From assembly GCF_006345805.1 (NCBI RefSeq), contig NC_043006.1, forward strand, positions 105,772,001 to 105,836,000: a stretch of DNA of 64,000 bases, in the 5' to 3' direction. The translations under genes and the position numbers were made by a program. Every line of letters begins with the position of its first letter. The stretch's first letter is position 1. Positions 61,967 to 64,000 of the stretch are shown in pieces. The notes under the pieces were generated by a model that ran no database searches, was not told the origin of the DNA, and was given only the letters and a program-made list of their open reading frames with translations. Source of the stretch: Octopus sinensis (Eukaryota).

Positions 61967-64000
61967 CTTTGATACTTTGATACTTTGATAGGTTTCGGCC
62001 ATATTGGCCCAGGCCATGTCTAACTTAATAGCACCACCTGGTGAAGTCTTCAAGTCAGAATTTGGGCACTATGGCCCACTCAAGTAGAGAGTTATTGTTT
62101 ACAGAGACATATCCGGGTGTAGGGGGTTTATCCGGGATTTCTTGAAGGAATCTGTCCAAAGACTTCTTGAACCCTATAGGCTCAGTTTCTGTTTTAATGT
62201 GTTTTGGTGTAATGTTAAAGAGAGCGGGGCCAATTGAGGTGAAATAATTGTGCCGTATTGTTGTTATGAGATGAGAGTGCGATTTTTGTTTTGGGCGGAT
62301 GGCACGGGGCCCAAGCCTTGGATGTACCTTAAAGGTGACGCCAACATCATTGGGGCAATGCTGATGGAATATTTTCCACATCATGCAGATGATGTAGCGC
62401 TCACGACGACGTTGGAGAGAATAGAGTTTTAGCTTTTCTAGCCGACCCCAATAGTCGAGGCCTGTCATGCCATCTATATTTTTTGTGATTGCCCTTTGAG
62501 GTGCTTCAACTTTTATGATACCTTGTATTGTGTGGGGGAGACCACAGTGGACAACAGTATTCAAGGTGGGGTCGGGCAAAAGTGGAGAAGAGAAGGATAA
62601 TGGTGTGGATATCTCTCGACTGGAAAGTTCTGAGAATCCAGGAACACATTCTGCGGGCCATGTCAACTTTGGTGTTTATATGAGTGGCCAGCTACGTTGT
62701 TGTCCACAATTACTCCCAAGTCTCTGATGTTGTTGGACGCCGCGAGAGTTTCACCTGAAGGAAGGGAGTATGGGAGTTTCAGGGCATCCTCTTTTCCAAA
62801 GTGGATTAGCTCAAATTTATCCTCGTTCAGCAGCATATTGTTTTTTCTGCCCATTGGATAACAGCCAGTAGATCTGACTGAAGGCATGTCCGGTCACTCG
62901 CCTCATTTATGACCTTCTGTAGCTTGGAGTCATCTGCAAAGATTTTTATGTTGCTGTGCTTGATGATGTCATTAATGTCATTAATGTAAATGATGAAAAG
63001 AAGTGGGCCCAGCACAGTGCCTTGCGGAACGCCACTACTGACTTTGGCTGGGCTTGATTTTACCCCTTCAACTACAACATGTTGAGATCTGTCTGTCAGG
63101 AAACACTTAATCCATTTCAGTAACTTTCCAGAGACACCAATGTTGGATAGTTTTCAATAGGATCTTGTGATCGACCCTGTCGAAGGCCTTACTGAAATCA
63201 AGGTAGATGACATCGGTGTTGGAGCCCTCTCCAAAAGCTCTCAAAATGTCCTCAAAGTGATGCAGGAGCTGCGTTAGGCAGTCCCTTCCATTACGGAACC
63301 CATGTTGGTTGGAGATCAGCCGTCTGTGCTTCCAGAAATTGGGTTATTCGAGATCTTACCACCCTCTCAAATACCTTGATGATATGAGAGGTGAGTGAGA
63401 TCGGACGGTAATTCACGCAAGGGACTTGTTTCCCTTTTTGAAAACTGGGACAACAGACTGGGACAGAAGGTTTTTTGGAATATAGCCAGCATCCAGTGAG
63501 TTTCTCCACAGATTAGCAAGGGGAGATGCAAGTTGGTGTCGACACACCTTCAGGACACAAGCAGGGAACCTATCGGGGCCTACTGCTGAATTGTGTTTTA
63601 TTTCGTTTATCGCCGCTAAGACATCAGGGGCACTAAACGTTATGTCCGATATAGTGTGTGGGGGTTGACATCACTGATACAGCCCAGATCGGCCATATCA
63701 GGATTGCTGAAAACAGAGCAGTATTGTTTCTGCAGTATCTCGGCATGGATTTGGCATTATCTTGGAGAGTGCCAGTTTCGTCAATTAGGGGCCTACAGTG
63801 GAGACAGTGACCCTGCGTTTCCTCGCAAATGAAAAGAACACTTTGGGGTTGAGTTTGATTTTTTCAATGGCCCACTTCTCCTCAGCTGATCTTTGGTTAT
63901 TGATGAGGGTCTTCATGCATTGTTGGAGGTTATTTTTTGGATTCAAGCAGTGCGATAGCCGTCGAATGTGTGTGTTGCTGTTGGCAGTACTTTAGTTTGT
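61967..64000 (-). mobile_element. CR1-like LINE (copy B), runs off the window
   Basis: NYRPISLTSHIIKVFERVV, YLDFSKAFD-like segment, [27 protein letters not shown]; C-terminus as in copy A; (TATCAAAG)3 tail abutting (TA)n; frameshifts present. Confidence 0.92.

Overview
Repeat-dominated, AT-rich eukaryotic DNA. The density of (TA)n/(CA)n/(GATA)n/(TATG)n microsatellites and the tRNA-derived SINE families point to an octopus (coleoid cephalopod) genome; this is an inference. No host protein-coding gene could be supported, and nearly all long ORFs in the track are translated microsatellites. Recognisable content: (1) Neptune-type Penelope-like retroelements (RT + C-terminal GIY-YIG): a near-complete copy at 33.1-36.7 kb (+), a 5'-truncated copy at 49.9-52.6 kb (-) and a 3' remnant at 5.9-6.4 kb; (2) two Tx1/L1-clade LINE 3' ends, each embedded on both sides in (GATA)n; (3) two CR1-like LINEs with octamer tails abutting (TA)n; (4) RTE and R4/Dong fragments; (5) mariner, maT-like, Tc1-like and probable Chapaev-3 DNA transposon remnants; (6) at least four SINE families. 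Best leads: five minimal type I hammerhead-ribozyme motifs in three sequence families, including a recurrent non-canonical A6-to-U core and three motifs clustered within about 750 bp in microsatellite-flanked cassettes; apparent microsatellite targeting by three unrelated retroelement lineages; and several near-perfect fold-back hairpins. All structures and translations were derived by eye and need computational confirmation.
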